Below are positions 8,558-17,393 of a DNA stretch of 64,000 nt, piece by piece. Both the position numbers and the translations under genes were made by a program. The notes beneath the pieces are model-generated. The model did not search any database. It had not been told where the DNA came from and saw only the letters and a list, made by a program, of their open reading frames with translations. Numbering within the stretch: position 1 is the stretch's first letter; each line of letters starts with the position of its first letter. Location of the stretch: positions 186,001 to 250,000 of IMG/VR virus record IMGVR_UViG_3300022602_000024. One strand, written 5' to 3'.

Positions 8558-9055
8558 ATGCTACACAAACATCACATTATCCCAAGATATCTAGGCGGGA
8601 CAGACGATCCTTCTAATCTAGTTGAACTAACTATAGAGCAACACGCAGAAGCACATCGACTACTTTATGAACAACACGGCAATTGGCAGGACTATGTTGC
8701 GTGGCAAGGACTTGCCAAACTTGATGCTAACTTTGATGCCGCTAAACAATCTATGCTGGAAGGTAGCAGAAGAGGAACAGCCACGATGATTGCTAATCGT
8801 AAAGGAAAAAAGTGGGAAGAAATCTATGGGAAGAAAAGAGCCGCCAAAATAAAATCTAAATGTAAATTAAGTCGAAATGGCAAAACCTGGAACGGCAAAC
8901 TATATGAAATAACTCACCCAGATGGGACTGTGGAAACAGTTGAAGGATTACGCCAATGGTGTTTAGATCGAGGTTATAATCCTAACAACTTTGGAAACGC
9001 TTGTTTGAGAGGTGGTGTAACAAATGGTGGATTTAGGATTAAAAGGTTGGTTTAG
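8558..9055 (+). mobile_element. Free-standing HNH homing endonuclease (likely start MLHKHH at 8558)
   Basis: HKHHIIPRYLGGTDDPSNLVELTIEQHAEAH motif, basic NUMOD-like C-terminus; TAAATA 5 nt before ATG. Confidence 0.85.
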
Positions 9056-9179
9056 TTCTGTGGATTATTTTGAATCAAAGAAAAAGACACATTGGTATAA
9101 TGATGGGTCTAAAAGTTATTTGTTAAAAGTTGGAGATCCCAAAGTAGAAACATTAGGATTAGTTAAAGGAAGGATCTAA
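9024..9179 (+). CDS. Small ORF with endonuclease-associated WYNDG..GR module
   Basis: Manually read MVDLG...HWYNDGSKSYLLKVGDPKVETLGLVKGRI; +1 frame overlap with HNH end. Confidence 0.4.
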   Translation: MVDLGLKGWFSSVDYFESKKKTHWYNDGSKSYLLKVGDPKVETLGLVKGRI

Positions 9180-9180
9180 C

Positions 9181-9222
9181 ACCGTCCAGAACTCCTTCGC
9201 CCGGAAGGGATTACAACTATTC
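9181..9222 (-). pseudogene. Putative remnant of an older tmRNA acceptor piece truncated at the T-stem
   Basis: ...CCTTCCGGGCGAAGGAGTTCTGGACGG| aligns with GTGTTCAAGAAGAGG of the functional piece and stops where the HNH cassette begins. Confidence 0.5.
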
Positions 9223-9223
9223 T

Positions 9224-9310
9224 TTACTTCATATGATTGTTATACCAGTCCCATGCCCAGAAACCGAATACGATTGCAACCATTAGACATCCTAAATATA
9301 CATCATCCAT
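9224..9310 (-). CDS. 28-aa membrane peptide
   Basis: MDDVYLGCLMVAIVFGFWAWDWYNNHMK; perfect TATAAATA 5 nt upstream. Confidence 0.55.
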   Translation of the reverse strand: MDDVYLGCLMVAIVFGFWAWDWYNNHMK

Positions 9311-9524
9311 ATAGTTATTTATACCATTGAAAAGTATTTGAGTGCCAATTTATGCGTCCGGTACTTGCGTATTCTCGTGCAACAGCGTATAGCTTGGTTA
9401 TATCAGGAACTCCGACCACGCCAGTTGAGCCCGCTAGTTAGTGCGTCCACTAACCTACCCATGTTTCATCTCAAACACTTATCAATGGTATGTGGCACAC
9501 TTGGCGCCACAAGCCATTTTGCAT

Positions 9525-9851
9525 TTACTCTGCTACAGTTTCTGTAGTCTTAGCACGAGCCGCAATAGCTTCAAGGCTAGGCTTAACTTTAGCGGCCTTA
9601 GTAGTCACTTTGCCATTGTACTTGGCATCAGCGTCATCAATGGCTGCACGATATTCAGCATTGGCATACAACTCTGTGGTCTTAAGGAACGTGACCAACT
9701 CAGGCTTGGTCATTGCTGAAGGCAAGTCCATGAGCTGAATATCGCTATCAGTCTTAGCAAGAATTTTGACACGAGTCATGTCAGATGCGAAACGCACTTT
9801 GTAACCAGACTTAGATTTAGAAACACCACCAACGTTAAATTGCTTATCCAT
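9525..9851 (-). CDS. Hypothetical protein with K/A-rich tail
   Basis: ORF; SD GGAG before MDKQF. Confidence 0.7.
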   Translation of the reverse strand: MDKQFNVGGVSKSKSGYKVRFASDMTRVKILAKTDSDIQLMDLPSAMTKPELVTFLKTTELYANAEYRAAIDDADAKYNGKVTTKAAKVKPSLEAIAARAKTTETVAE

Positions 9852-9967
9852 AGTAAAAAACTCCATTTGTTAAATTGAAAAAACCAATACAGACACACTC
9901 TGTATATTCAAATTATAGTTGATTTCGATTTCTGTGTCAACCATATTCTGAATTCTTTTTACCGAAA

Positions 9968-10102
9968 TCATTTGCTGAGATCGGTCCCGCTGATCTTATC
10001 CTTGGTCCAATCGGACGCATTGGTAAGATCCTTGCCAAGTCCTGCCACGGTGCTACATGCCGAACATGCCACTACCATTGCTAATGCTATTACAAATTTC
10101 AT
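9968..10102 (-). CDS. Entericidin (EcnA/B)-like lipoprotein, 44 aa
   Basis: MKFVIALAMVVACSA-CSTVAGLGKDL: signal, lipobox Cys and C.TVxGxGKD motif; SD AGGAGG. Confidence 0.65.
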   Translation of the reverse strand: MKFVIALAMVVACSACSTVAGLGKDLTNASDWTKDKISGTDLSK

Positions 10103-10227
10103 TGTGCCGCCTCCTTTGCTACTTCTTGAACTTTATTCACACTTTTATCTATCACGTGAAAAATACCTGATACGCCAACTGTACAAATCACAATGCCAGT
10201 GACAACGCCTAATACAAACTTGCTCAT
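10099..10227 (-). CDS. 42-aa membrane peptide
   Basis: MSKFVLGVVTGIVIC...; ATGA overlaps on both sides. Confidence 0.6.
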   Translation of the reverse strand: MSKFVLGVVTGIVICTVGVSGIFHVIDKSVNKVQEVAKEAAQ

Positions 10228-10697
10228 ACTTCTGACCTTTCCATGGCTTCGTGTAAGGGAACAAAATCGCTATCGTCGGGAGTGGATACATACCATACTC
10301 CATTGTCCATTAGATAGTAATACTCTGCACCAACATTGTCGTAGTGTTCTACCCACTCAGATTCACTGCCAAAGGTGCGGAACTCACAACCTGTTTCGCC
10401 ACGGTCACGACCGTAAAATGTAGTCCAACCTGCTAGTTCCGCGGCTTCGTGTGCTTGTCTGATCCTGACCTGTTTAGCAGGACTCTTTGAAGTAGAGTGT
10501 GGGCTAAAAGGATGTTTTTCGCCGATTTTGCGGTTAAGAAAGCTGATGTCGCCTAGTGCCACTAAATTATTAGCCTTGGCAGAATCATAACTTTCCAACA
10601 AAATTGCACCATTGTGCTCAAGATAACCGTCCCAATGGCAATAAACTGCTTTGATGTTGTTGCCATGTTTGACTGCAATTGAACTACGTGTACCCAT
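10224..10697 (-). CDS. Conserved phage early hypothetical protein
   Basis: MGTRSSI...VYCHWDGYLEHNG; follows promoter cassette. Confidence 0.8.
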   Translation of the reverse strand: MGTRSSIAVKHGNNIKAVYCHWDGYLEHNGAILLESYDSAKANNLVALGDISFLNRKIGEKHPFSPHSTSKSPAKQVRIRQAHEAAELAGWTTFYGRDRGETGCEFRTFGSESEWVEHYDNVGAEYYYLMDNGVWYVSTPDDSDFVPLHEAMERSEV

Positions 10698-10704
10698 TTA
10701 CTAC

Positions 10705-10781
10705 CCCTTTTTGCTTAACATGCTGTTATTATACTGCATTTCGAATTAATGGTCTACCAAACGGTGTTGTTTTTATACAAC
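10705..10781 (-). promoter_or_regulatory. Early promoter/leader cassette copy 1
   Basis: TAGACC-17-TATAAT-aacagc-ATGTTAAGCAAAAAGG, upstream TGTTG-N8-CAAC. Confidence 0.85.
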
Positions 10782-11042
10782 TTCAACCATGTTAGCAGGA
10801 ACTTTATACAGGCCTTGCGGTGTGCGAATTGTAATGTACTTGATGGCAATTTTTTCAACTCGGCCAGTATGTGAGCCAAGTCTCGGTGATCTAAATGTAA
10901 CAGTATTGCCAACACTCAAGGAACGTTTGGTATTCTTTGCGATTTGCGCACGGGCAAATTGCACCGCAGATACAATACTTTCGATGTCCCGATTATTTAA
11001 ATTGCCAAACATGATTTCATGAGTGATTTCTTTAATATCCAT
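10773..11042 (-). CDS. Early hypothetical protein (SH3-like C-terminus)
   Basis: ORF after cassette copy 2. Confidence 0.75.
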   Translation of the reverse strand: MDIKEITHEIMFGNLNNRDIESIVSAVQFARAQIAKNTKRSLSVGNTVTFRSPRLGSHTGRVEKIAIKYITIRTPQGLYKVPANMVEVV

Positions 11043-11048
11043 TTACGA

Positions 11049-11128
11049 ACTCCTTTTTGCCGAACATGTATTGATTATACTGCATTTCGATTTAATGAGC
11101 AACCAAAATCTGTTGTTTTTATGCAACA
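11049..11128 (-). promoter_or_regulatory. Early promoter/leader cassette copy 2
   Basis: TTGCTC-17-TATAAT, ATGTTCGGCAAAAAGGAG, TGTTG-N8-CAACA. Confidence 0.85.
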
Positions 11129-11131
11129 GCA

Positions 11132-11365
11132 TTAATAATAGGGACCATTTTCCTTGAAAAATCTACGAAAATGTGGGGCATAATCCTCATAACTGCAATA
11201 AGCCCACTCAGTGACACCACGTTCTCCCCAGACGAAGTGCTGTCTGCCTTTTAGTATGCGCATCATCAGCTCACGATTATTGCGAGTAACCTGTGCTTTG
11301 GCACTGCCTTCGCGGTCATAGACCCCAACGTTTTTACCAGTTTTGACATGATACACTACAAACAC
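11132..11365 (-). CDS. Early hypothetical protein
   Basis: ORF after cassette copy 3. Confidence 0.7.
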   Translation of the reverse strand: MFVVYHVKTGKNVGVYDREGSAKAQVTRNNRELMMRILKGRQHFVWGERGVTEWAYCSYEDYAPHFRRFFKENGPYY

Positions 11366-11371
11366 GATGTT

Positions 11372-11450
11372 TCCTTTTTGCTTAACATGTTGTTATTATA
11401 CCCGATTTTGATTTAATAGTCTACCAAAAAGTGTTGTATTTCTATTACAG
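11372..11450 (-). promoter_or_regulatory. Early promoter/leader cassette copy 3
   Basis: TAGACT-17-TATAAT, ATGTTAAGCAAAAAGGA. Confidence 0.8.
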
Positions 11451-11490
11451 ATTGTATGTTGTATAAATACAACATAATAAGGAATTTCCA

Positions 11491-12054
11491 ATGGCTATCA
11501 CAATAACCACTGTTTACGCTAGACCCGACACATCAGCTGAATTTTACTATAATATAGTAAACGATGTTCAAACTTCAGTTAAATCATCGTTGGCCCCCCA
11601 CAGAGATACTAGTTCATTATTGGTCAATGCTACAATAAGCAACGATAACTTAAATCTTACGCTAGTTAGTACTGCAGCTGATTTAACAGCACTAGGCATA
11701 CGAGCAAATATAATGTCAGTGGCGTTAGATAACGATTTTACTACATATACAACACAACACTCGCACACACGTGTTTCATACACAATGGTGGGAATTGATG
11801 CACCATTTACTTGTACCACTGTTTATCATTTCCCAACTCCCGGCTCTGCTGTAGAAACTGCATTAAACACTCAACTCAGTGATAACATTCATGGAAGATT
11901 GTCTAATTTAATAGTGACAACCTCTACAATAACTGCAATTCATACCTATTCAAATGATGCCGATTATTCAACTAATTTTTGGAGTGATTTTTCTTTAATT
12001 CCCGATTTACATGCTGCAGGTGCAACTAGAACAATTAACTATGCAATGGTATAA
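11491..12054 (+). CDS. Late hypothetical protein, Thr-rich
   Basis: TATAAATA at 11462-11469, SD AAGGA, followed by terminator. Confidence 0.7.
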   Translation: MAITITTVYARPDTSAEFYYNIVNDVQTSVKSSLAPHRDTSSLLVNATISNDNLNLTLVSTAADLTALGIRANIMSVALDNDFTTYTTQHSHTRVSYTMVGIDAPFTCTTVYHFPTPGSAVETALNTQLSDNIHGRLSNLIVTTSTITAIHTYSNDADYSTNFWSDFSLIPDLHAAGATRTINYAMV

Positions 12055-12080
12055 CTTTTAAAAACAATAATAAATCAAAG

Positions 12081-12109
12081 AAAAACCCGCCTAGTGCGGG
12101 TTTTGTTTT
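12081..12109. terminator. Bidirectional intrinsic terminator
   Basis: AAAAACCCGC-ctagt-GCGGGTTTT between convergent genes. Confidence 0.9.
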
Positions 12110-14582
12110 ATGACATTACCGGAACAACATTGAGTCCGGTATTTGCATATTGCGGATTACGTCTTATCCAATCTCTAGCAACATTGTTAGCATCAATTTG
12201 ATTGTTGCCTATGCCATTGAAACGATGCAGTTCAACACCATCGTTGTTGATGATTTTCCACCAACCAGTAAAGTTTCCTCCGGCAGCAGGCGGTTGAGTA
12301 TCCGTATTGGTTGCTCGCTCAACATTGTATTCTGCACCAGGATTTTCTTGTTGATATCGAGCTAATCTAGCTATGGCTTCTTGATCTGTATCAGCCACAA
12401 ATGTAGCTACAACAGCGTTTGAGTCCATGCCCCTGATGATATTATATTGCTGACCAAAACTGAATGTTTGTTGTGTCGGAGTCTCTGTTGCTCTGTGTTC
12501 CAATCTATAAATGTCTGGATCTGTTACACCATTGGCATTGCACCATGACCATTTGATACTCTCTGCATCATTTCTAGTTTCAGCATGGAATCTATATACC
12601 ACTTCCCTATCTCTTGGACTCAGTACAACCCAGTTGCCACGGGGATCGCTAGGTGGCAGCGTTCTGGGAGAAGTAGTGCCTCTTACAGGTGCATTGTTCA
12701 TGTTGACACCTGCTTGCCGATTACTAGGGTTGGCAAACAAATCAGCAAATCGTAGGTCAGGATAACTACGTTTAACCATCTCTCCAGCAAGGTACGCACT
12801 GGGAGCCATCACATACACTCTAAAATTAGGATCAACTTCAGGACGCAAGGTGACCACCCATTCAATGGGTTTGGCCAGGTCATTGTAGGCATGTCTGCCA
12901 ATATTGGTCACTTCTGCAGATTTGATATAGTCAGGAGTTACTCCCCACTCTTTGGCGGCCAATTCTAATGCTTCCGATTCAGTGCCGGCCACTACTTCTG
13001 TGGATCGATTAAGATGATCAACACGCCACCAGAACTGCTCGCCTTTGCGTTGGATCTTGCGTTGTAACTGAGCTTGCTTGATAAAACTGCGTAGTGCTGC
13101 CTTGGGCAGTTCGCCGGCCACATATCGGGCAAAATATTCAATGGTGCTTTTTTCACCCGACGGTGCTAACAACTTATACAACTTTTTCAAATACTCTTGA
13201 CGATACTTTTGTGGATTGGTTGCAGCGTCCAGTGCCACTACAAAACGCAACATGGTATTTTTGATTTTGCCTTCGTTGTTGTTTAGGTCACGCAACCAAT
13301 CGCCGCCGGGACTACGAAACTCTACATAACCATCTTTGACATTGGCACTGGTGTATTTGGTGGTACTCATCATACCCAGGGCTTTACTAGCCAAGTCGTT
13401 TAAGTGGCCCTTCATTTGGTTTAATAAAGGTTCTGCAAGACCAGTATTGGTTCTTATTCTTTCTTGAACTTTTTCCAAACCTGAACTGCAAAATGTATTG
13501 CTGGCACGGTCAAACTGATCCAACACATACTGATCTCCCATCAGCAGGACCAATTTGACATAATCGAGAGTCCCACCTTTTCCGGCATCACTCTTGGTCC
13601 ACCCAGGTACGCTGACATTCATGTGCAGTCCGGTGCTCTCGTTGGTGTAACAACCCATACGGTTGGCCCATTCTCGGATTTTGTCTAAATCATCAAACAG
13701 TTCTGATACTGGCATGGCAGGACTTACAAACTCCAAGCCAGAGTCTTCATCGCTGTCAGCACTGTCTAAACTGCCGTCGGTTTCCACAATATAGAATTGA
13801 TTTGTAGCATCAGGACGTCCTGCGCCTCTAATACTGTGATAACTACCGCCAGGCTTGCAGTCTTTGCCCACTGCATGCTCAAATTCACTGGCCACTTCGT
13901 CTATACTGAGACTACCGCCTGAACGTTGATCAGTCCAGTAAGGCCAAGAGATACCCTGACGGCCAAATGTGTTCATGGCATCTTCCATGTCACGAATGCC
14001 TTCAAGGTCTAACCACATTTCTTCACTGAAGTCGCTGTCACTTTCATTTTCATCACGGAACTCGTCATAAGCATCTTGCTTGCTAGAATCGTCTTTGCCC
14101 CAGAGATAGTTGGCATAGTCCAGGATGTCTTGCTTGCCAGGAGTGTAATCATCATCGAGATCTTGGCCAGCAACTTTTCCCAGCCACTCTTTGATGTCTA
14201 CTTCGTCAATATTATTGGCCACCCACGTGACATAAAACTCAAACCCGTCTTCGTCCCATAATTCAGAGACCTTGTTGTCGCGCCACTCAAAATAAGCTTC
14301 TTCCATTCTTTCTGTAAAATCTCGTATTGTACTACGATCATTGTAGTCACCATCGTGGAAAAAGTCTGCAATTTGCTGTATGCTGTAGGCTGACTCGTTG
14401 TATTCCATGTCAGGCTCTGAATCCCAGTCGTTTGGATCGCCGGCTGCATTGGGCACATACATTTCAAATTCCATACCTGCACGGGCATCGATCTGTGCCG
14501 CAAGTTTTTGCAGGCTGGTGGGGCTCATGGCAATTTCGTCTAATTGCTGTTCTGCTAGGGGTTTAATTTCTTTAAAGCGCAT
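12108..14582 (-). CDS. Putative amidoligase (Amidoligase_2-like) with acidic insert and repeated C-terminal modules
   Basis: GMEFEM, GLEFVSP, TNESTGLHMNVS, VEFRSPGG motifs. Confidence 0.7.
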   Translation of the reverse strand: MRFKEIKPLAEQQLDEIAMSPTSLQKLAAQIDARAGMEFEMYVPNAAGDPNDWDSEPDMEYNESAYSIQQIADFFHDGDYNDRSTIRDFTERMEEAYFEWRDNKVSELWDEDGFEFYVTWVANNIDEVDIKEWLGKVAGQDLDDDYTPGKQDILDYANYLWGKDDSSKQDAYDEFRDENESDSDFSEEMWLDLEGIRDMEDAMNTFGRQGISWPYWTDQRSGGSLSIDEVASEFEHAVGKDCKPGGSYHSIRGAGRPDATNQFYIVETDGSLDSADSDEDSGLEFVSPAMPVSELFDDLDKIREWANRMGCYTNESTGLHMNVSVPGWTKSDAGKGGTLDYVKLVLLMGDQYVLDQFDRASNTFCSSGLEKVQERIRTNTGLAEPLLNQMKGHLNDLASKALGMMSTTKYTSANVKDGYVEFRSPGGDWLRDLNNNEGKIKNTMLRFVVALDAATNPQKYRQEYLKKLYKLLAPSGEKSTIEYFARYVAGELPKAALRSFIKQAQLQRKIQRKGEQFWWRVDHLNRSTEVVAGTESEALELAAKEWGVTPDYIKSAEVTNIGRHAYNDLAKPIEWVVTLRPEVDPNFRVYVMAPSAYLAGEMVKRSYPDLRFADLFANPSNRQAGVNMNNAPVRGTTSPRTLPPSDPRGNWVVLSPRDREVVYRFHAETRNDAESIKWSWCNANGVTDPDIYRLEHRATETPTQQTFSFGQQYNIIRGMDSNAVVATFVADTDQEAIARLARYQQENPGAEYNVERATNTDTQPPAAGGNFTGWWKIINNDGVELHRFNGIGNNQIDANNVARDWIRRNPQYANTGLNVVPVMS

Positions 14583-14586
14583 TTAG

Positions 14587-15519
14587 TTATTTATTGTAAG
14601 GCACCAAAGCTGGTATAGTGTCAATACCCTGCGCACGAGCAGCAGTGGCACGGTGATTGCCATCAATGACCCATCCATCTGCGTCAATCACAATGGGACG
14701 GTTTTTGATGTCTTGAGGACGAATTGTTTCCACATGATCCCAGTCAATGTCAATCACCCGACGATAAGGATCATCTTGATGCACATACTCAGGAGTTTTT
14801 AGTCTACTAACTGGCACATTTTTCATAACCCAAATTTTGTGTGCCAAAATGGGCTTGGGCATGTGATATTCATCATGTATGCCAGTTACATAATCCAACA
14901 CTTGTCTGCTGGTGTATAAGCCACCGGTACGTCTAACATCTAGATCTTTTTCGTCTTCGCTGACAGGCATGCGATGTGGTTTTACTCGGCCACGTAGGGC
15001 CGCACTGAGTTTATGCAAGGCTTGTTGATATTTTTCATCTTTGTACAAGATGCCAATACCACCATTGGCTTCCCATAGGCGAATATTGGTATCCCAGTCA
15101 TCGATTAAGATATTAGGAGTGCCATCTGCTTGACGTGCAAACTTGTATTTTTCGTGATCAAATATCACTGCTTGTGGCTGATGATTTTTTAAATGGCGTT
15201 CTAGCCAATCAGCTTTTTCTCTACTGCTGTCCTCTACGTTGCTCAACAAAGGACTGCTTAGAATACTGTATTTTCCAGACAGTTGTATAACACCTTGCAT
15301 CAGTCTGCCAGCATTAGGCAACACAGGCAGTTTGGTAAAAAATTCGGGTTCTTGAGCAATTTGATCAATGCCCAGGTCCTTACGGTGTATTTCGCGCCAG
15401 TAGGCTACATCGTGTTCTCTTGCCACTTCCCCAAAGAAATCCGCAAGGACGCCATCCATGTCTACATACACTATCGGTGTAGGGGAACGATTAGCCGCTT
15501 CAAATTCAAATGATTTCAT
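14587..15519 (-). CDS. HAD 5'(3')-deoxyribonucleotidase-like domain fused to ParB/Srx-like domain
   Basis: N-term YVDMDGVLADF and LIDDWDTN; C-term PIVIDADGWVIDGNHRATAA. Confidence 0.75.
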   Translation of the reverse strand: MKSFEFEAANRSPTPIVYVDMDGVLADFFGEVAREHDVAYWREIHRKDLGIDQIAQEPEFFTKLPVLPNAGRLMQGVIQLSGKYSILSSPLLSNVEDSSREKADWLERHLKNHQPQAVIFDHEKYKFARQADGTPNILIDDWDTNIRLWEANGGIGILYKDEKYQQALHKLSAALRGRVKPHRMPVSEDEKDLDVRRTGGLYTSRQVLDYVTGIHDEYHMPKPILAHKIWVMKNVPVSRLKTPEYVHQDDPYRRVIDIDWDHVETIRPQDIKNRPIVIDADGWVIDGNHRATAARAQGIDTIPALVPYNK

Positions 15520-15546
15520 AACATAGTATTTATTACTATGCTTTTG

Positions 15547-16131
15547 TTATCCTAAAATGTTGTTGAACATTTCTTCCTGGCTCTGCAGGATCATACGATA
15601 CAAGTTGCGATTTTTAAGTGCGTACTCTTGCCCGATGCTGCTTAGGCTTGCTGGGGGCAATTTGCAACGGCTTTCTGTTTCTGTGCCATCAGTGAAGTTT
15701 TTGACATTTAGTCCGTGTTTTTCGCACAATTTACGGATGGGTTGATTCCAAGTTAGGCAATGCATAAACAAATGAACGTATCCACGGTTTCTTGCCCATA
15801 GTATAGCTTCTTCCATCATTTGATCTGCTATACCTTGTTTGCGATGTGCATGATCTACGATTACACCAAACTCCACATCTGTTTCGTTGGTGATTGCAAT
15901 ATGTACCGTACCCAACCAAACACCATTGCGTTCAGCAACCAAAAAGTGGTGATTATCACTATCGTTGATAAAACTCTGCACTAGATTATCTATAAAATAA
16001 TCAGTAACAGGAATGCCAAAGTACAATCGCAAGGTTTCTTCATCCTGTTCTTTGAGCCAATTGGCATACTGGCGGTATTCAGTGGGTCTTAAAAATCTGT
16101 TGGCTGGCATAGAAATATTTAGTCCGAACAT
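15547..16131 (-). CDS. GNAT N-acetyltransferase
   Basis: EFGVIVDHAHRKQGIADQMM acetyl-CoA motif A. Confidence 0.85.
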   Translation of the reverse strand: MFGLNISMPANRFLRPTEYRQYANWLKEQDEETLRLYFGIPVTDYFIDNLVQSFINDSDNHHFLVAERNGVWLGTVHIAITNETDVEFGVIVDHAHRKQGIADQMMEEAILWARNRGYVHLFMHCLTWNQPIRKLCEKHGLNVKNFTDGTETESRCKLPPASLSSIGQEYALKNRNLYRMILQSQEEMFNNILG

Positions 16132-16403
16132 GGCTCTATCACTAGGTTATTGTCGCTAGCAAAGTTTAAGACAAAATTCAGTGCCAAGGGCTCAATGAGC
16201 CCGATGCTATCATCCAGCAACACTGAACGAATGCCGTTAACCATTGAGGGCATGAGGTACTTAGAATATGTAGCTGTATGATGACCTTGCCGAGTCGGAA
16301 CATTGGTTTTGTAGTGTGCTAGTACGCTACACAATCTGTCGGACCAATCACTGGGACGAAATACATGCCCGGATTGTGTGCGTCCGTGAATAATATACTT
16401 CAT
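16119..16403 (-). CDS. DUF3579-like protein
   Basis: G.T.SG..FRPSDWSDRLC motif. Confidence 0.7.
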   Translation of the reverse strand: MKYIIHGRTQSGHVFRPSDWSDRLCSVLAHYKTNVPTRQGHHTATYSKYLMPSMVNGIRSVLLDDSIGLIEPLALNFVLNFASDNNLVIEPCSD

Positions 16404-16584
16404 TATCTTGTGATCAACAAATAAGCGATGGTTACAATAACACCAGTGATGGGGATTGTCACTTCAGTTTTTAATTTATCTAAAAATTCCATATCAATGA
16501 CCCAACTGCTTGAGTCTTGCTTCGGCAGCGGAATTTCTGATTTCTTTGATACCATTCCACAACCGAATAAAAAATTGTTTCATT

Positions 16585-16740
16585 TTACAGTTCCTTGGCC
16601 ATTGCTTGACGATTGTATTGATTTAGCCAAAATTCTACTTCAGCAGTGCTGGTAGGACGCTTGCTATTGATGAATTGTTCTATATTGCTGGCTTGATGCA
16701 GTTTAAAAAACTCTGTAAGTTTTTGTACTAGTTTTGTCAT
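16585..16740 (-). CDS. 51-aa hypothetical protein (possibly DUF3563-like)
   Basis: Manually read MTKLVQKLTEFF...STAEVEFWLNQY; SD AAGGAG; two further tiny ORFs follow (16494..16583 and one ending near 16403). Confidence 0.55.
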   Translation of the reverse strand: MTKLVQKLTEFFKLHQASNIEQFINSKRPTSTAEVEFWLNQYNRQAMAKEL

Positions 16741-16809
16741 TTTGTGACTCCTTTTGAATATTAGTGTTTCTACTACTAAGATATTTATCTCTCAGTGTTT
16801 CTACTAATA

Positions 16810-16842
16810 TACAATTATATTGCAAAGCAATATAGAAGTCAA
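16810..16842 (-). promoter_or_regulatory. sigma70 promoter overlapped by a palindromic operator
   Basis: TTGACT-17-TATAAT; TATATTGC-AAA-GCAATATA at 16816-16834. Confidence 0.75.
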
Positions 16843-16843
16843 A

Positions 16844-17326
16844 TCAACACTTGGTAAAGTCTTGATATTTGAACCACTTCAGCATCCTGTGTGTGGTTTT
16901 TAAGTGCAAGCCATAGTATTCGAACTGTTCGCGCCATGCAAAAAAATTGGGACCATGTGCACCAGAGAATTCGTAGATGCCCCCGTTTTCTTCACGGTAA
17001 ATGTCCCATTGCCACTGGTGCACCATTTCGTGTGCAAGTGTGTTCATAAACCATTGGGCACAGAACCATTTATCAACCAATCGAATTTCAGTATAAAACT
17101 CCATGGTTTTAGGGTGTTGTAACCATCGGCAGATGCCCCAACAACCAGGTACACGGCCTTGGGTTATTTTAGGACGCCGTAGTTGATTATCAAAAACATA
17201 CCTGTTAATGATATTGTAGGCGTAAGTAATGTCTTCGTCTGTGGGACGAAAAGGTTTGCGTTTTTGATCTGCTATGCTAGGCAATGGTAGTTCCATTATC
17301 CTGCGTATTGGGTTTGGTCTTGCCAT
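16844..17326 (-). CDS. SprT-like zinc metalloprotease
   Basis: TLAHEMVHQWQ (HExxH) and AHGPNF. Confidence 0.85.
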   Translation of the reverse strand: MARPNPIRRIMELPLPSIADQKRKPFRPTDEDITYAYNIINRYVFDNQLRRPKITQGRVPGCWGICRWLQHPKTMEFYTEIRLVDKWFCAQWFMNTLAHEMVHQWQWDIYREENGGIYEFSGAHGPNFFAWREQFEYYGLHLKTTHRMLKWFKYQDFTKC

Positions 17327-17393
17327 TGAATTGCCCTCGCTAATGTATTTAAGTATACACTAGGAGGGCAAAAAGTATAGTTATATCGAACGG

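Noticed and set aside
8451-9181. Group I intron in the tmRNA T-loop carrying the HNH
   Set aside because: Joining GACGGT to the downstream T-arm does not give a valid T-stem. I saw no P7/catalytic-core motifs, the ORF is antisense, and the proximal acceptor piece is complete with its own promoter.
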